64,000 nt of DNA, from positions 17,946-81,945 of the forward strand of contig CAMTVO010000014.1 in NCBI GenBank assembly GCA_947085205.1, in the 5' to 3' direction. The notes under the pieces were generated by a model, which searched no databases, was not told the DNA's origin, and saw only the letters and a list, made by a program, of their open reading frames with translations. This DNA is from an uncultured Nitrospiraceae bacterium. GTDB taxonomy: Bacteria > Nitrospirota > Thermodesulfovibrionia > Thermodesulfovibrionales > Dissulfurispiraceae. This document shows positions 63,004 to 64,000 of this stretch, piece by piece. Numbering within the stretch: position 1 is the stretch's first letter; every line of letters begins with the position of its first letter. The position numbers and the translations under genes are program-made.

Positions 63004-63435
63004 CTAAATTGAGACATCAATTTTTCTAATTTCGTTAAACTTTATTTCCTTAGAACCGTTCTTTACGTTTCCATACATATCTCTTTCCTGATAAACGATT
63101 GAAAAGGCAGGTTCTCCTTTCATATCTACGCTTACACCTATGACCACGCCCGTAACGCCCGTGGTATCAGTTAATTTTTTTCCAAGCAGGTCTAAAGAAA
63201 GGTATCTCTCCAGATTTTTGTTCATATTGCCCATCTGCTCAAGACTGCTGAATGTTGCCAGTTGGGATATGAATTCAGTATCCTTCATCGGATTAAGAGG
63301 GTCCTGATTTTTCAACTGGGCTATCAAGAGATTCAAAAAATCATTCTTGCCGAGCTCATTTTTGGATTTTACTGCATTATTGTCAGTGTAGGTTTTATAC
63401 GCCGGGTCATTCAAAATTGGTGCTATAGATGCCAT
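63004..63435 (-). CDS. flgD: Flagellar hook capping protein FlgD
   Basis: LGKNDFLNLLIAQLKNQDPLNP motif. SD AGGAGG. Confidence 0.9.
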   Translation of the reverse strand: MASIAPILNDPAYKTYTDNNAVKSKNELGKNDFLNLLIAQLKNQDPLNPMKDTEFISQLATFSSLEQMGNMNKNLERYLSLDLLGKKLTDTTGVTGVVIGVSVDMKGEPAFSIVYQERDMYGNVKNGSKEIKFNEIRKIDVSI

Positions 63436-63448
63436 AACTTACCTCCTG

Positions 63449-64000
63449 TTATGCAAAATAATCAAAAAACCGATGTTTCTGCTGTTTATTCTGTTTCTGC
63501 TGATGCTGATTTGCATCTTCCTGCTGCTGCCTCTTGCCGCTGTCTGAATAATAATCCTCCTTTACATCAACGAAGAAATCGCTAACCTTGATGCCTGAAT
63601 TCTCAAGAGATGCCTTTATCTGCGGCATAGCTGCTGAAAACAAATCCCTTACAACATTGGAGTCAACCCTGAAATCGGCTCTCAGCACACCGCTATTGTC
63701 TATCCTCAGTTTTATCTGTATGCTTCCAAGGTCAGGCGGTTCAAGTCTTATTATTAAATGCTTGTCTCCTGCGCCGAGCGTCTTCATAATCGGTTCGCTG
63801 ATTTCGTTCAGTCTGCTTGCATGCACCATTTCCTTTACTACAGTCTCGCCTTTATTGCTTGCCGCATGCTGAACATGCGTAACACCGGCAGGCATTTCCT
63901 TATTATTATTCCCTGACGAAAAAGACTTCTCTCCTGCATCCATATCCGTTCCGACATCTCCGACTTTCATCACAGCAGCATTATTTTCAGCCCCTATGGA
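63449..64000 (-). CDS. fliK: Flagellar hook-length control protein FliK, C-terminal part (5' end outside window)
   Basis: Flg_hook-type C-terminal domain (LRLEPPDLGSIQIKL......L.A.F.V.S..VR). The frame stays open to nt 64000. Confidence 0.75.
   Translation of the reverse strand, partial: SIGAENNAAVMKVGDVGTDMDAGEKSFSSGNNNKEMPAGVTHVQHAASNKGETVVKEMVHASRLNEISEPIMKTLGAGDKHLIIRLEPPDLGSIQIKLRIDNSGVLRADFRVDSNVVRDLFSAAMPQIKASLENSGIKVSDFFVDVKEDYYSDSGKRQQQEDANQHQQKQNKQQKHRFFDYFA

Noticed and set aside
1-64000. Genomic island, prophage, defence system or horizontally acquired cassette
   Set aside because: No integrase, transposase, phage, toxin-antitoxin, restriction or cas-like genes were recognised, and I saw no tRNA-flanked boundary. 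Gene content is core metabolism, flagellum and chemotaxis with uniform orientation.

Overview
64-kb chromosomal segment from a motile, chemotactic bacterium. Gene content hints at an anaerobic, deep-branching (Nitrospirota- or delta-like) lineage, but I cannot verify taxonomy without a database search. I call 65 protein genes, 63 on the minus strand. They are tightly packed, with many ATGA/TAATG overlaps. In window order (transcription runs mostly right to left) the blocks are: (i) 1-5.3 kb, peptidoglycan recycling: nagA, BepA-like M48 protease, MurU-LbH-AmgK-like fusion, NamZ-like DUF1343. (ii) 5.4-24.1 kb, housekeeping: moeA fusion, bactofilin plus M23 peptidase, purM, nadC, a tail-anchored hypothetical, valS, an orphan response regulator, iscU-iscS-tusA-iscR, mlaC-tolC-mlaD-mlaF-mlaE, pyrD-pyrK, greA. 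(iii) 24.2-33.8 kb, flagellar late, rod and ring genes: fliW, csrA, flgL, flgK, flgN, flgM, flgJ(M23), flgI, flgH, flgA, flgG, flgF. (iv) 34-49.5 kb, signalling: a micro-ORF behind a perfect sigma28 promoter, HDOD, HD-GYP, two MCPs, cheB, a PstS-like binding protein, a CheW-CheZ fusion, cheA, two cheY, cheR, a HEAT-repeat protein. (v) 49.6-64 kb: fliA, flhG, flhF, flhA, flhB, fliR, fliQ, a fliO-fliP fusion, fliN, fliM, fliL, two tandem flgE, flgD, and fliK (5' end outside the window). I saw no rRNA, tRNA, CRISPR, transposase, integrase or recognisable defence genes. The most unusual signal is not a gene. It is a pervasive family of heptanucleotide (some octanucleotide) tandem arrays. They sit as inverted pairs (hairpins) in almost every intergenic spacer. 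They also run in frame inside CDSs, where they encode the signal peptides of at least seven exported proteins and add insertions to conserved enzymes (pyrK, moeA, nagA). Other notable items are the CheW-CheZ fusion, the FliO-FliP fusion, consensus sigma54 and sigma28 promoters, a putatively leaderless autoregulated iscR, and a degenerate CZB chemoreceptor. All protein calls rest on motif recognition from memory, with no searches run. Start codons are judged from Shine-Dalgarno context.
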